A stretch of 64,000 nt of DNA from Hyaloraphidium curvatum SAG 235-1. Lineage: Eukaryota > Fungi > Monoblepharomycota. The stretch covers positions 1,251,086-1,315,085 of the forward strand of contig JAIVFI010000002.1 in assembly GCA_025558095.1 (NCBI GenBank), written 5' to 3'. The translations under genes and the position numbers were made by a program. The first letter of the stretch is position 1; each line of letters starts with the position of its first letter. This document shows, piece by piece, positions 11,623 to 24,247 of this stretch. A model generated the notes under the pieces. It was not told the origin of the DNA. It was given only the letters and a program-made list of their open reading frames with translations, and ran no database searches.

Positions 11623-13683
11623 ATGCCCGACGCCCGGACGCTGGATGACCAACGGCTCCAACGTACGGCATGCCTGAACTGCGCTCTACAGCGGAGACGG
11701 TGCGAGAGGCCCGCGGACGGCGGAGACTGCTTCCGCTGTTCCCGGCTCCGGCGGGAGTGCATCTCGCAGCTCCCCGGCTCAGAGGGCAAGACCACGCGGG
11801 AAACCCGGACCATACGGAAGCCCACGAAGCAGAGGGTGGTGGCGCCGAAGGGCACCGCGAGATTGGCGACGGCAGAGGGGCTCGGGCACGGGTTGTCAGG
11901 CGGCAGCGCCTTCCCGGCCCCTGTGGCCTCTCCACCCCTTTCTCCCTCATCGTCGTCGCCGTCTGCTCTCGCGCTGGCGTCTCCCTCCTTCAATTCCGGC
12001 GATCTCGCCATCTCGGACGTGATTCTCGCCGGAATGCGGGGGTGGTGGGAGCGGTGCCATCCTGCCTTCCCGCTGATCCACCGGGGCGCCTTCGAGGCCG
12101 CGTTCAATCCGGATCCTTCGCCGCACTACGGCGCGAATCAACCCTCGGCGCTCATGTTCGCTCTGGCCGCTAACGGCCTCCCGTATGCCGATTTGCCGGG
12201 TATCGCCGAAGCGCAGCGGAACGCCCTGTCTGCCGCTTGCCTCCAGGCGGCCCGGGACGCCGTGGTTGCCGGTTTCGTGTCGCGGGAGAGCCCGCTGATG
12301 ACGGATCTTGAGGCACTGCAGGCTGTTTTCCTCATCCTCTTTAGGTGCTTGCCGGAAGGGAGGGCTCTCGAGGCCTTTGTGCCGCTCGCGAGCTGTAGCC
12401 ACGTCTTGAAGCGGACTTGTCTTGATCCGGCAACTGGGGAACTTGTAGGCGCGCGGGAAGCTCCAGCCGACCACGTGCAATGGGTCGCCAACGAAATGCG
12501 GTGGCGGCTCTGGCTCGTGGTTGGCCATATCGAGATCAACTTTTGGTACTACACCCGGAGGCCGACCATGTTCCCCTACCTCGAGCATACCCTGCCCCTA
12601 CCTGCTTCCGAACTCTACTTTGACATGCCGTCGTCGGAGGCGGCGTTCGACCTCCTTTCGCGGACGCGTATGGGCCGACTTGCCGAGACCGTCGACCTGT
12701 CGCCCTTCGTGGACCCTTGTCCCGAGCTGGAGCACACGAAAGACGTTGTTCATTCCTTGGTCGGCTCTATCTTTTCCCGCCGCGCGTCCCACCTGCTGTT
12801 CGCCCACCTCGGTTCCGGATTCCGGGCTCTCCGCTCGACCCTCCGCGACCATGCCGAGCATCACGGGATCGACCTTCTTTCCCTGGCCTCTCAAGAACCT
12901 TCCTCCGATACCCCGGAACAAGCCGTCTATCGTCGGTTTGCTCAACTGTACTGTTCCCTCGCCGCCGAGTCGCTGCGGCCGCTTGCCCCGGACGTCGGCC
13001 TCCCGTTGGAACTTGGTGATGCGGTTCCTTTCCTCCTCCTATCCAACCTGTCGTGCCCGGCATACGCGCACGTCGCCTTGGGCTACTTCATCATCCTCCG
13101 CGCCTCGTCCCTCGAATGCTGGTTCGAGGGCGACGACGGCTCCCCCCGCGCTGCCCTGTTTTCGAGCCAGGAGATGGCATCGGCCCTTGAAACCTGCGTG
13201 GTCATTGCTCGGTGGATGCGGTCGCAGCTCTCGGTGGATGCGGAGCTACGGCATCCCGTGCTCGGTACCATCGTGGCGGGGATCAGGGTCGCCAAGATCG
13301 GCGTTGCGGCCGCAGCGATGCTAGCTGGGCTTGACGACACGGAGGTCAGGGTGCGGACGGAGGAGGACGTGAGGAGCGTCCTGCGTTACGTGGAGACGGC
13401 AGCGGCGCCATTTCAGCACGCGAGGGCGGCCGTGGATGACCTGAGGAGGACCGTGATCGCGGCTGGGATCGCGGTGCGGACGGATGGAACACCCACACCC
13501 GTCGAGCAGGATTCGACTCCTGGCAATGAGGGCGCGGGGTCGGCAGCATCCGAGGTCGGGAGCTCGCCTTTGGACCCGGATGACGGAGGGTCATCGGAGC
13601 CATTGCGGAGGAGCCCCTTTGCGCAGACAGTCCTCGGGGTCGACAGCGCGATGGGCCGGCGCCTCTTGTCGCCGGCCAGCTAG
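11623..13683 (+). CDS. Zn(II)2Cys6 fungal transcription factor with a fungal-specific TF middle domain
   Basis: ACLNCALQRRRCERPADGGDCFRCSRLRREC; HPAFPLIHRGAF; EMRWRLW. Confidence 0.88.
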   Translation: MPDARTLDDQRLQRTACLNCALQRRRCERPADGGDCFRCSRLRRECISQLPGSEGKTTRETRTIRKPTKQRVVAPKGTARLATAEGLGHGLSGGSAFPAPVASPPLSPSSSSPSALALASPSFNSGDLAISDVILAGMRGWWERCHPAFPLIHRGAFEAAFNPDPSPHYGANQPSALMFALAANGLPYADLPGIAEAQRNALSAACLQAARDAVVAGFVSRESPLMTDLEALQAVFLILFRCLPEGRALEAFVPLASCSHVLKRTCLDPATGELVGAREAPADHVQWVANEMRWRLWLVVGHIEINFWYYTRRPTMFPYLEHTLPLPASELYFDMPSSEAAFDLLSRTRMGRLAETVDLSPFVDPCPELEHTKDVVHSLVGSIFSRRASHLLFAHLGSGFRALRSTLRDHAEHHGIDLLSLASQEPSSDTPEQAVYRRFAQLYCSLAAESLRPLAPDVGLPLELGDAVPFLLLSNLSCPAYAHVALGYFIILRASSLECWFEGDDGSPRAALFSSQEMASALETCVVIARWMRSQLSVDAELRHPVLGTIVAGIRVAKIGVAAAAMLAGLDDTEVRVRTEEDVRSVLRYVETAAAPFQHARAAVDDLRRTVIAAGIAVRTDGTPTPVEQDSTPGNEGAGSAASEVGSSPLDPDDGGSSEPLRRSPFAQTVLGVDSAMGRRLLSPAS

Positions 13684-14333
13684 CCTCTTTGACACTTCGT
13701 GTTTAGTTTCGAGCGAAATCTTATTGCAACCTTCTAATGCGATCGACAAGTTCGGGTCTGATGGCCCGGATGGAGGCTTCCCCGGTGGAGTCTGAGTATG
13801 GCAGCACTGCAGCACGGCCCCGGTATCGATGATTACAACCTCCGTCTTGCTGGGACTCAGTCACTACCCCGGGGAATGCGAGGAGTAATGCTTCGTAATT
13901 ATTCGAAACGAGTCCCACGTCTGCACCTCGCCGCCCGAGCTCCTTTCGACCGTTGCGCTCCACCTCTTCGTCCCGCGACAACGGGCATCCGGAGGGAGGC
14001 TTCGGGTAGGGGTCGGCTCTCTGCCCGCAGACCAGTCACACTGCAGCGGGAGACGATGCGTTGATGTTGATGAGCGGCGCCGCGGCCCAATGGGCCGACA
14101 ATGATGAACGTGATTTAGTCCTGGAGACGTCCCAGATTATTTTCGCGCTCTAGCGTGGCCAATCGTTGTCCGGAGCGAACGGGAGGTCACGAGCCGATGG
14201 AGCTCGCCGGAGCACTCCGTATCTGCGGAAAACCACTCCGGGGTCTCATGGTGGATGTACGCACATTGAGGAACCAGCTGATTGCGACGGTCCCCGCGGG
14301 TATGCGCGAGGCTAGTCGGGCGGCCTCTCGCAG

Positions 14334-14374
14334 GTTCTAGACCCTTCCGCGGCGGGCGGCCAAGCAGTATAAAA
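14334..14374 (+). promoter_or_regulatory. Heat-shock-element-like site and TATA box upstream of the small HSP
   Basis: gTTCt-aGAcc-cTTCc (imperfect alternating nGAAn units) at 14334-14348; TATAAAA at 14368-14374. Confidence 0.55.
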
Positions 14375-14462
14375 TCCCCGCTCCCCACCCCCCCCCCAAA
14401 GCACCACGAATCTCGAAGCCGAACACCGCTCGACTCGCTCTCGAAACACCGCGGACACCACG

Positions 14463-15188
14463 ATGGCCTTCTACAGCCCGCTTTTTGGCCGGCAGCCGTT
14501 CGGCTTCGGCCTCTTCGACGACTTCTTCGGCCCGCCGCCGGTGTCGCCCTTCGCCCCGCCCTTCTTCGGCGCCGTGCCCGTGCCCCGCACCTGGGTCCGC
14601 GTGGCCTGGCCCGAGGAAGCCGCTGAAGCACCTGTCGACCCCGCCAAGCAGTCCGAGCCCGCAACGGGGGAGGTCGTCAAGATGGCCGAAACCGCTCCCG
14701 AGGCGCCCGCCGCGGAGGGAGCTCCGGCCGAAACCGCACCTGCTGCTGAGGCACCTGCCACTGCCGAATCCAGCGCTGCTCCTTCCGAGCCCGCTGCCGC
14801 CCCCGACGCCCCGGCGCCCGACTCTGCCGCCGCCGGCACCGTCGCCGCCCCCCCCGCCTCGGCAGTCGCCGCCCCCGCCGCCGCCCGCCCCTTCTCCCTC
14901 GCCGTGACCCCCGCCGAGGACGCCTACTCCCTCACCTACGCCGTGCCCGCCCGCGAGGGCCTGCAGCTGCAGCTCTCGGACGACGGCTCGGCGCTCACCT
15001 TCCGGTTCGAGGAGAACAAGGAGGAGGAAGGGCGCAAGAGCTTCAGGCGGGTCGAGCGCACGTGGTACCTGCCCGAGGACGCGGATGGGGACAAGATAGA
15101 GGCCAAGTGGGGAGAAGGAGGGGTGGAGGTCAAGGTCGCGAGGAAGGAGTTCAAGCCCAAGGAGAAGAGGATCATCAGCGTCCTCTGA
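14463..15188 (+). CDS. Small heat shock protein (HSP20/alpha-crystallin) with a long Ala/Pro/Glu insert
   Basis: F-rich N-terminus; SFRRVERTWYLPEDADGDKIEAKWGEGGVEVKV; C-terminal IISV. Confidence 0.8.
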   Translation: MAFYSPLFGRQPFGFGLFDDFFGPPPVSPFAPPFFGAVPVPRTWVRVAWPEEAAEAPVDPAKQSEPATGEVVKMAETAPEAPAAEGAPAETAPAAEAPATAESSAAPSEPAAAPDAPAPDSAAAGTVAAPPASAVAAPAAARPFSLAVTPAEDAYSLTYAVPAREGLQLQLSDDGSALTFRFEENKEEEGRKSFRRVERTWYLPEDADGDKIEAKWGEGGVEVKVARKEFKPKEKRIISVL

Positions 15189-15377
15189 AGGACTCGCGAC
15201 AGCAACTCCAACACTTGGGAGAAGCATGTTATGGGATGCGGGAGTAAAATTGTGGTGAAAAAGGAACACTTTCGTCTGTAGTCAACGAAGTCAATTGAAC
15301 GGGGCCATCTACACCATAACCTGCGAAACGTCCGTGTCCAAAGGCCACCGTCCGCTCCTTGAACCTCCGAAGACACT

Positions 15378-17497
15378 TCACTCCCGGCTGATATCGCGTC
15401 CGAAGATCATCGTCTGACACGCAGCGTGAGGACGAACAATAAAGAGTGTCGTCGGCAACGCCTACCTTGCTCCAATCGAAGGCAACGATAAGCTTGTTCT
15501 TGATGGAAAGCAGATTGGTCAAGTAAACGGACCTTCGAGGACGAAAGAGTGAGATCAGTCGGTCGACATTCGCCACGCCAAGCCCACCTCCAGAACAAGA
15601 ACGTCGCAAAGCCCGAGATCTGCACTCCGAAAGGAAGGTCTGCAATGGCCTCGTCCGTCCCGATGTATGCCAGGCTGCCCTTGTGCAGGTAGTCGAACGA
15701 CTTTTCCTTTGGCAGGATTTCGGCGTTGACCTTGGAGATGGCCCCCGCCAGCGGCAGCGCCTTGCGCAGGCCGGCAAAGATCTCCCCGCGCTCGTTGAAG
15801 ATCTTGGCGAGGTAGTATCCCTGCTGCGAGGCCACCTGGGCCGTCGGCGCGAACTTGGAGTGCGAGCAGTCGCCCATGGCGAACAGCGAGCCATCGGAGC
15901 CCTTGACCACGAGGTGCTCGTCGATGACGAGGCCGCGCCGCGAGTTCTGGATGTCCTGGGGGAGCTGCGAGATCATGTTCTTGACCATGGGCCGCATGGC
16001 GTTGCCGGTCGCCCAGACAAGGAGTCCTGGTGCAGGCCAAATGACGTGAGAATAACGATCAAACGCTGGGAAGGGGCCGATTGTGCCCACCGTAGGGGAT
16101 GTTCTTCATCGTCGTCACGGCCTCCTCCACCTCCTGCTCCACGCCGTCCACGACCTTCTTCACCTTCTGCGTGCTCTTTTCCTGCACCACGAGGTGATCG
16201 GGGTGCACCTCCTTGACCATGGTGTTGAGCTTGATGTCCACCTTTTCCTGGGCAAAGTGCTTCTCGGTGTACTCGACCAGTTTGGCCGAGAAGCTCGGGA
16301 GCACGTGCGGCAGCGCCTCGATGAGGGTGATGTGGACCCGACCCGCGATCTCGGGGTACCTGATTGCCCTGCGTGAGCATGGAGCGTGGCCGGTTTGCGG
16401 TGCGGATGACCCACCACTTGACGACGTCGTCCACAAGGAAATCGCGCAGCTCGGCCGAGTACTCGACCCCGGTCGGCCCGCCTCCCACGACCACGAAATG
16501 CAGCAGCCTGTCGATCTCCTCGGGCGGCTGCGACGGGAACGCCGCCGTCTCGAGGCAGTCCATGAGCTTGATCCGGATGGCCTTGGCGTCGGGGAGCTCC
16601 TTGAGGAAGCACGCGTGCTCCTTCACCCCGGGGATCCCGAACGTGGCGTTCTCGGCGCCCACGGCCGTGACCAGGTAGTCGTACTTTATCGCCGCGCGGG
16701 AGACGGCGCCCACGAGGTCCGATTCGTCGGCGAAGCTGATGGTCTTGGCCTCCAGGTCGACGTGCTTGACCTCGGCCTCGATGAACTTGACCTTGCGCTT
16801 CTTGTACCCCGTCAGGAAGCGCAGCGGCATGCAGAGGCTCCGCAGCTCGATGGTGCCGGTCGTGCACGAGGGGAGCAGGGGGGTGAAGAGGAAGTAGTTT
16901 CGGGGGGAGATGACGACGACGTTGTAGTTGGTCGTGTCGAGCTTGTCGATGAAGGAGGTCGCGCCCCAGCCGGATCCGAGCTGAAATGAAACGCACGTTG
17001 GTCCTGCCGCGCGAGACGGCTGGACGGACGGACCCACCACCGCCAGGGTCGGAAGGTTCGGATCACCGAACTCGAGCTGGTCCGTCGGCGGGTTCTGGGC
17101 CACATACAGCCCTGCAGAGCGCGCACCGCGGCATTATATCGATTCCAAGCCCGGCGGAAAGGTCCGACCCACAGTATCCGAGGAAGATGGCACCCCCCGC
17201 GAGCCCGACCTTGAACAGGATCCCGAGGTTCCTGAACGACAGCAGCCTCCGCCTCTTCGGCTCCGCCCCGCCCGACTGCGGGCGGATCTGCACCAGCAGC
17301 AGCCCCTGAAATGGCGATGCCGGCGCCGCGGGCCCGAAAACGCGTCCGCGGGCCTGCCGCGGCCGCGCCAGGGTCGACAGCAGGGAGCGCGCCGCCGGGG
17401 GCCGGAACGCGCCGGCGAGGGCGCCGGGGACGGGCATCGCCGTCCGCAGCGAGAAGAGGCCGCGGCACAGTGGTGCCATCGCCTGGGGGACCGGCAT
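15378..17497 (-). CDS. NDE1: Mitochondrial type II (alternative) NADH dehydrogenase, NDE1/NDI1-like (spliced)
   Basis: LGSGWGA, SPRNYFLFTPLLPSCTTGTIE, VVVGGGPTGVEYSAE, PTAQVASQQGYYLA, C-terminal IFGRDISRE; Arg-rich presequence. Confidence 0.92.
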
Positions 17498-17821
17498 TCC
17501 GCCGGGATGGCCGGGGTCGGACGGATCGGCAGGGTTCGCGGCGGGTCAAGTCAGCACGTCCGACACCCCACGGATCGAGGACCCCGATGGCTGCGGACTG
17601 GAGCGTTCTTCGGAACGATCCTTGCGTAGTTGAGCTAGAGATCCAGCCTGAGAACGGATGCGGGCTTTATCGGGGGATTCACAGGCGCAATCTACGGAGC
17701 AAGACTTCGAGCCCACGGTTTCCATTCCCACTGAACTCCAGGCCTTAGCGATATCGCGGTATCGTTTCCCAGCCCCCCACCCACGTCCGCGGCCCTCCCA
17801 GCACGACCCACCCACGGGCCG

Positions 17822-19027
17822 TCATCCCCTGGCCAGCAGCCACCACACCAGCAGCACCACGCACACCGACACCACGCTCCCCAGCACGCACGCGTCCCTC
17901 CTCTTCTTGGCATCGATCCTCTTGACCAGCTTGTTGATGAGCGGGAACCGCGACAGCACGCCGCCCTGCAGCCGCCTCTCGGAGCCGTACAGCTGCCTCC
18001 CCTGCTGCGCGAGGTCCTGCCGCGCCGCGTGCGCCTGCGAGAGGACCTGGTCCGCCATGCGGATGGACGAGTCGATGCGGGTGCGCTCGGTGAGGAGGTA
18101 GTCGGTGTCGGCCGAGGCGGAGGGGGAGCCGTTGGTGGAGAGGAGGGAGGCGTGCTCGGCGGCGGCGGCGATGTTGGCCTGGAGAACAGGACATCAGTTG
18201 GAGGCGACAGCGAAGGTCCTCGGTGAGAGCTTTGCAAACCTTGATCTTTTTGAACTCCTTCCGGAAGTCGTAGAGGATGTCCCGATGCCGCTGCAGCATG
18301 TGCATCATGCTGGCCGACGTTTGCGGCGCCGAATCCAGGTGGACGGCCATACGGTCCGTCACGCCCGAGAGCTGGGGAGAAAGAGTGGTCAGAATGTGCC
18401 AAAACTGAGAAGGAAGGCGGTAGGCGACCGCCCCGTTGGTCCGACGGCCTGAAGAGGCGACGCAAGATGCCAAGGGTGCCGCAATGGCCTCCGGCAACCC
18501 GGCTCCGCCCTCCGGAAATCGCCAGCAGTCGACTGCAAGCATGACGAGCAAGAGTCCGAGGCCCCAGGGCCACCGACAAGGGGGAGGAGCTCGAGCACGG
18601 CACCCCGTCCCCGTCCCATGTCAACCCCGTTCCCGCCCAGTCCGGCCTCCAAAAGCAGAGCTGGCAACTTCCCCAGCTTCCCAATGCCTTCCTGGGGCCG
18701 TTCCCTCCTCCCAAGTCGCCGGCTTTTCCGCGGTTCTCCGCCATTCACCTTGTCCAGCGCGCCCTCGAGCTCGCGCTCCGCGTCCTCCGCGCCGCCGGGC
18801 AGCCCCCCCGCCGCGCCCATCGCCAGCCTCGCATACGCCGCCAGCCGCCCTTCGACGTCGTTCTCGAGCTGCCGCGCGCTCCGCCGCAGGTCCTCCCACG
18901 GCACGGCGGCCGACAGCGACGCCGGCGACGGCGAGGGAGAGACGGACGGCATCGGCGCGACGGACGCCGCACGCGGCGACGCGGAGAAGGGGTTCGGCGG
19001 GCCGGCGCCGTTGGCCGGGCGGTTCAT
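17822..19027 (-). CDS. GOS1: Golgi SNARE Gos1/GOSR1 (spliced)
   Basis: WEDLRRSARQLENDVEGRL, HMLQRHRDILYDFRKEF, RFPLINKLVKRIDAKKRRD plus C-terminal TM. Confidence 0.9.
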
Positions 19028-19171
19028 GGACGACTCCGGTACTGGAGTCGGCGACGGGGGCCGGGGGCGGCGAGGCATCCAATCAGAGCCGCTCTCCCCC
19101 CGAAACACCCCCGATCGTGGATGTGCTCGACTCGCATTCAAATAGGTGCATAATCTACAGCTCTAGGGGAC

Positions 19172-20080
19172 CTAGGCGGCCACGAACTCGACGTCGGCGC
19201 CGTCGAGCGTGACGGTCGTGCCGACGAGGTCGGCGCGGCTCGTGGTCACGAGAAGCTTGTAGATGCCCTCGCCCTTGGTCAGCAGCTGGGCCTTGAGCGG
19301 CGCGCCCCACGCGTCCGTAATGGTGATGGTGCCGGGGCCCGAGGCGAACCGCGCCGAGGCGCCGTGCGCCTCGGTGGGCTCGGCGCCGAGGAGCTTCTTG
19401 TACGCCTCGGTGGCCTTGGGCACGTCCTTGGCGACGACCTGGATGTCCTTGAAGCCCTTGGCCTCGTTGCCGTGGGTGGTGGCGGCGGCGTCCATGGGGA
19501 CGTGCTTGGAGCGGTCGCTGGAAACGGGGCGGGGACATCAACACCGCCTACGGCGGATGCGGCGCGGCGCCACCCACTTCCACTGGATCACGAAGGGCAG
19601 CAGGTGGGGCGCGGCGGCCTCGGTCTTGGGGTAGATCTGGATGGCGGGCGCGTTGGCGTCGCCGTACGGGCCGTGGTACGGGAGGCCGTTGTTCTCGAGG
19701 TACTTCTGGTACTCGGCCGCGTTGTCGCTGCGAGGAAAATGTCAGGCATTTCAGCGCTCCCGCCAGGAGCGGCAGATACGCACACGTAGAGGCAGTAGTC
19801 GATCCAGCCGTTGCCCTTGCCCTCCCAGCTGAGCCCGGTGCCGGTCTTCTTGAACCTGCCGCGGCGGATCGCGGAATCAGCATCGCTCCCCGTTGCTCAT
19901 CCGCACAACCCACTTGATCAGCTCGATGAAGGTCCCGTCGGGCAGGGTGACCCACATGTGGTCGAGCGGGTCGTCCTCCACGATCGGCTTGGGCACGACC
20001 GTGAAGCCGGCCTTTTGCCAGTCGTCGTACGACTTGGTGAAGTCGTCCGAGACGATGATGAAGTGGTCGGGGGCCGGCAT
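19172..20080 (-). CDS. Glyoxalase-like (VOC fold) protein (spliced)
   Basis: PDHFIIV...GFTVVP...LPDGTFIELI; THGNEAKGFKDIQVV. Confidence 0.7.
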
Positions 20081-20710
20081 TCTGCTGCTGGTCCGGAGAA
20101 AAGAGCAGGTAAGGGGAGATTGCAGGGTCAGTACCAGTCCACGCCGAACGGAGCACCACCCCAGAAAAGCCGGCGGACCGGGCGGAACCGCCTGCTGCCC
20201 ATTGCTTGCAGCCGCATTCTGCGGGCCGGATGCCGACGGGCGTTTGCCCTGCGAGCCGTGCGCCGCGCCGCGGCGACGGATGCGGAGGATGCCGCCCGCC
20301 GGCCCCCTCCGGCACGCGCCACCGCGCGCTTCGGCGACAGATCCCCGCGACCGGCAATGCCGCGCAGGTGGCCGGCCGGCGGGTCGGGGGCCGCCGCGGA
20401 TCGGCCGGGTCCGCCGCGGTCCCTCGATGCAAACCCCCCGCGTCCGCTACCCGCACCGCAACGGGCTGCAGAACAAGATACGCACTTTTCGGGTCGGATT
20501 AAAGGCGAGCGAAGGGGCCGACGGGGTTCGAGACCTGTGGAAGGGGAGGAGTCGGACGAGTCGCGCAATCAAGGGCCCCTTCGGGGTCCGCCGACCCTGG
20601 ATCGATCAGCACGCCCCACTCGTTGGGAAAGGAGGCGGCACCAGGGCTCGCCCAGCGCACACCAATCAGATTCTAGAGCGTCTATGTGTTCACTACAGTT
20701 GTGCGGGCGA

Positions 20711-23589
20711 TCAGTCGATGTCCATCTCGTCCTTCTTCTCGCCGCCCTCGGCCTCGCCCTCGGGCTTTTTCTCCCCCTCCCCTTCGGGGGCCGCGCCGCC
20801 CTCGCCCTCCTTCTTCTCCTCCTTGGCCTCGGGCTTGGGCGTGGCCGGTTTCGGTGCCGGCTTCGGCTTGCTCAGGATCGGCAGGACGTACGAGGTGAGC
20901 ACCTGCGACCGAGGTCAATCTCAATCAACAGCAGCACAAGCAAGAGATCCCACCTCGCGCTCCCTGTCGACCTCGGCGGCCGTCACGACCGGATCATCCG
21001 TCTTGGCCTTGCCCTGCTGCTTGGCCAGCTTCTCCTCGAGCCACTTCTGCTTCCGCTCGGCCTCCTCCCGGCACCGCGTCAGGTCGTCCGCGGGGATGTG
21101 CGACAGCTTGTCGTCGCCCGCGTTGAGCTGCCCGAGGTACGCCGAGATCGACTCGCGCAGCTTGGCCACGGCCTTGGGGAGGATCTCGGATTCGCGGTGG
21201 CGGTGCGCGATCGGGTCGCCGATGGCCTGCGACGGATGCGTCAGCGGCAGTCCAACCCATCCACACGCGCAGATCCCACCTTGAGCTGGTCTAGCCGCTC
21301 CTTGTACTGGCTCTTGGACGCATCCTCGCCCTCCTCCGAGTACAGCCACTCCTCGTTGTCGTTGAGGGCCTTCATGAACTTGTCCTTCACGTCCGCCACC
21401 ACGAAATCCGCCCAGCGGTCCTCGAGCTTGCCCCGCGCGTCGTACACGTACTCCTCCAGAGAGTTCTTGGCGTACTCCGTGTCCACGATCAGCTTGTCGC
21501 TCTGGATCATGGAGCTCTCGAGCTCGCGGTGGGTGTGGAGCAGGTGCTTGGGGAGCGAGGGGGTGTGGGGCACGACCGAGAGCTCGTGCTTCCGGACCTT
21601 CTTCTTGGCCGGCTCGTCCTTCTTGGGGACCTCGCCGTTGGCCTGCGCCTCGGGCGCTGCGGCGCCCTCCGCGGGGGCGGCGTCGGCGGCGGCGCCGTCG
21701 GGGGTAGTGTCCATGGGCGCCGCCTCGGGCGCCGGCGCGGCCTCGGCCGGCTTCTCCGCCGGCGCGATCTCCTCCACCAGCACGGCGTCCTCGACGCGGT
21801 ACACGCCGTCGGGCGAGAGCCGGGCCTTGACCTTGATCACGGCCTTGCCGACCTCCTCGGACCCGTCGCGGGGCTTGATGCCCTGGATCGTCCATTTGCC
21901 GATGTGGGCGTCGACGCCCTGCGGGAGGTGGCGGTTCTTGTAGGCGGCGGGGGTATACGAGAGGGTGAGGGGGAGGGTGACCCCCTCGGCGGGGATCTGG
22001 GCGGGGAGCTTCCTGGAGAAGGTGAGTTGCTGCGGAGAAGGGGAGGTGAGCATGTAGTCAATGAAACAGAGCGACAGGAGGAGCGAACCTTGGTGCTGGG
22101 GACGACGTTGCCGACGCCAAAGGCCTCCATGACGCCGGGTTCCTCAACGGTGGTCAGCGTCGGGTCCCACTCGATCTGCACCGGGTACGTGTTCCAGTCC
22201 GTGACGGCAAAGTCGCGGACCTTGAACACGGGGGAAAGGATGGCGCACATGAGCGCGTTGCCCCTCGCCACGGCCTCGTCCGCGTTGAGGCCGAGGCCAA
22301 TCCGGGATTGGGTGGGGTCGAAGTTGGCGTCCTCGCCGAAGAAGGTGGCGATCCGCGTCTTGACCGACAGCACGCGCGAGGAGCCGCCCGAGAGCTCGAC
22401 CTTGTCGACCTCGGAGGGCTTCATGCCGGCGTCGGCAAGGACCTGCTCGATCGGGCCCATGATGCGGTCGATCAAGGGAGCGGTGAGCTCGTCGAACTCA
22501 GTCCTGGAGAAGCGGGGAAGGTCATCAAGCGCCATCTTAAGAAGGCAGCTCAACACACCTCTCGACCTTCATGCTGACGTCGCGGTCCTCCGTTATGCTC
22601 TCGACGGCGAGCACCGTCGACGGGTTGGCTGAGAGCACCTTCTTGGCCTTCTCCGCCGCCTGCCTCAGGCGGTACACGGCACGCTTGTTCTCCCGGATGT
22701 TGAGCCCCTTGTACTTCTTCTCGAACTCGTCGATGCAGTACTGCGTGAGTGCCTCGTCGAAGTCGCGGCCGCCGAGGTGGACGTCGTAGGCCACGGCCTT
22801 GACCTTGAGCTGGCCCTTGAAGAAGGCGACGAGGGCCACCTGGAAGGATGCGTGGCCAAAGTCGACGAAGAGGACGTGACGGGGCTTGGCGTCCGCCGCC
22901 TGGGGGTCGGGGAGGTCCGTGCGGGTGATCCCGTATCCGAGCGCAACTGGAACGGAGGATCAGAACCGACATTGCGGTACCGAATGACACGGAACTAACC
23001 AGCGGTGGTATCGTTCAGTACCCGCAGGCAGTTGAGCCCGGAAATCTCGCACGCGTCCAAGATCGCGCGCCTTTGGCGGTCGCCGAACCACACGGGCACC
23101 GACATGACGGTGTCCGAAACGTTGCTCGTCCCCGTCTCCGAGGCGGTGATCTGCTTGACCTTGGTCAGGAACGCGGCCGTGAGCTGCGTGAACGTGAAAT
23201 CCTTGGGTTCGTTCAGGTACATGACGCGGGCTGCGACCTCGCCGCCCTCGCCCTCGACGAGCTGGCAGTTGAGGTACTTTGCCTCGTACTTCTCGATGTC
23301 AGGGTCCGAGTACAGGCGGCCAGCCAGGCGCTTGATGACCCCAATCGTGTTCTTGAAGTTGGAGATTTCGAGCGTCTTAGCGGCCTCGCCAAGGAAGCGG
23401 CGTTTCGGGCCGAAGGACACCATTGACCTGGAGGGGCAGGAGAGTGAGCAAGTGGTCCCCAGAGCGCAAACGCCGGACGTACGGCGTCAGCCGGTTGCTG
23501 GCCTCGTTAGCAATGACATCGATGCCCCTGTTCCTGGCCACCGCAATGACGCAGTTTAGGTTGCCGAAGTCTACGCCGACCACAGACAT
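20711..23589 (-). CDS. SSE1: Hsp110/Sse1 chaperone (Hsp70 superfamily, spliced)
   Basis: [10 protein letters not shown]...[56 protein letters not shown]-terminal EMDID. Confidence 0.95.
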
Positions 23590-24247
23590 GGCTGCGTGTT
23601 GGGCCGCGAACGACCCCTGGGTCGACGAAAAAGAGAGAGCAGAACACGATCCGTGGGATAGAGAAGGAATCGGAGGGGGAACGGAGCGCGAATGCCGGGG
23701 AAACAAAAGGGTCAGTCTCGGAAGTCGACGTGTCCGGCTCTCGGCCTCCTGGCAGTCCCCGTCCGGCGAAAGCAGGTGGGCAAGCTTGCACCGCGATTCC
23801 CCGTGGCACCGCGGAGGATTCCCGGCTGCCGCCGGCTGTGGCCGGGGATCGCCGAACGAAAACCTCCAGCGACCCGTGCCCGCCCGCCATCGCCGCCGCG
23901 TTTCGCCCTCGCCGCCGCCACGGGGTGCCAGGAGACTCCAAGATGCCATAGATGGCTGGGAGAATGGGGCACTCACGGGTCAATCCGTGGTGAACGGTGT
24001 GTTCGGGAGTGACCCTGTCTCGGGCAGCGCGTCTCTAGAGCCCGAACCGCCGGCGTTGCCAGAGGCTTCTTTTTCCTTCCCTTCGGTTCCACGCGCACGA
24101 AAGCTGTTCTCCAGACTGAGGCCTTCTTCATTGCCGAAATTACATCGCTCTACAGTAGATTACGTTGTTTTGGGAGCTCGAGGGAAGGATCGGCCCCATA
24201 TGCAGGTGTCCGACTGCCCTGCTCATGAGCGGGCACATCAGCTGCCA

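Noticed and set aside
19811-21943. 710-aa + strand ORF
   Set aside because: It is antisense to Sse1 and the glyoxalase-like gene, an artefact of strong GC3 codon bias.
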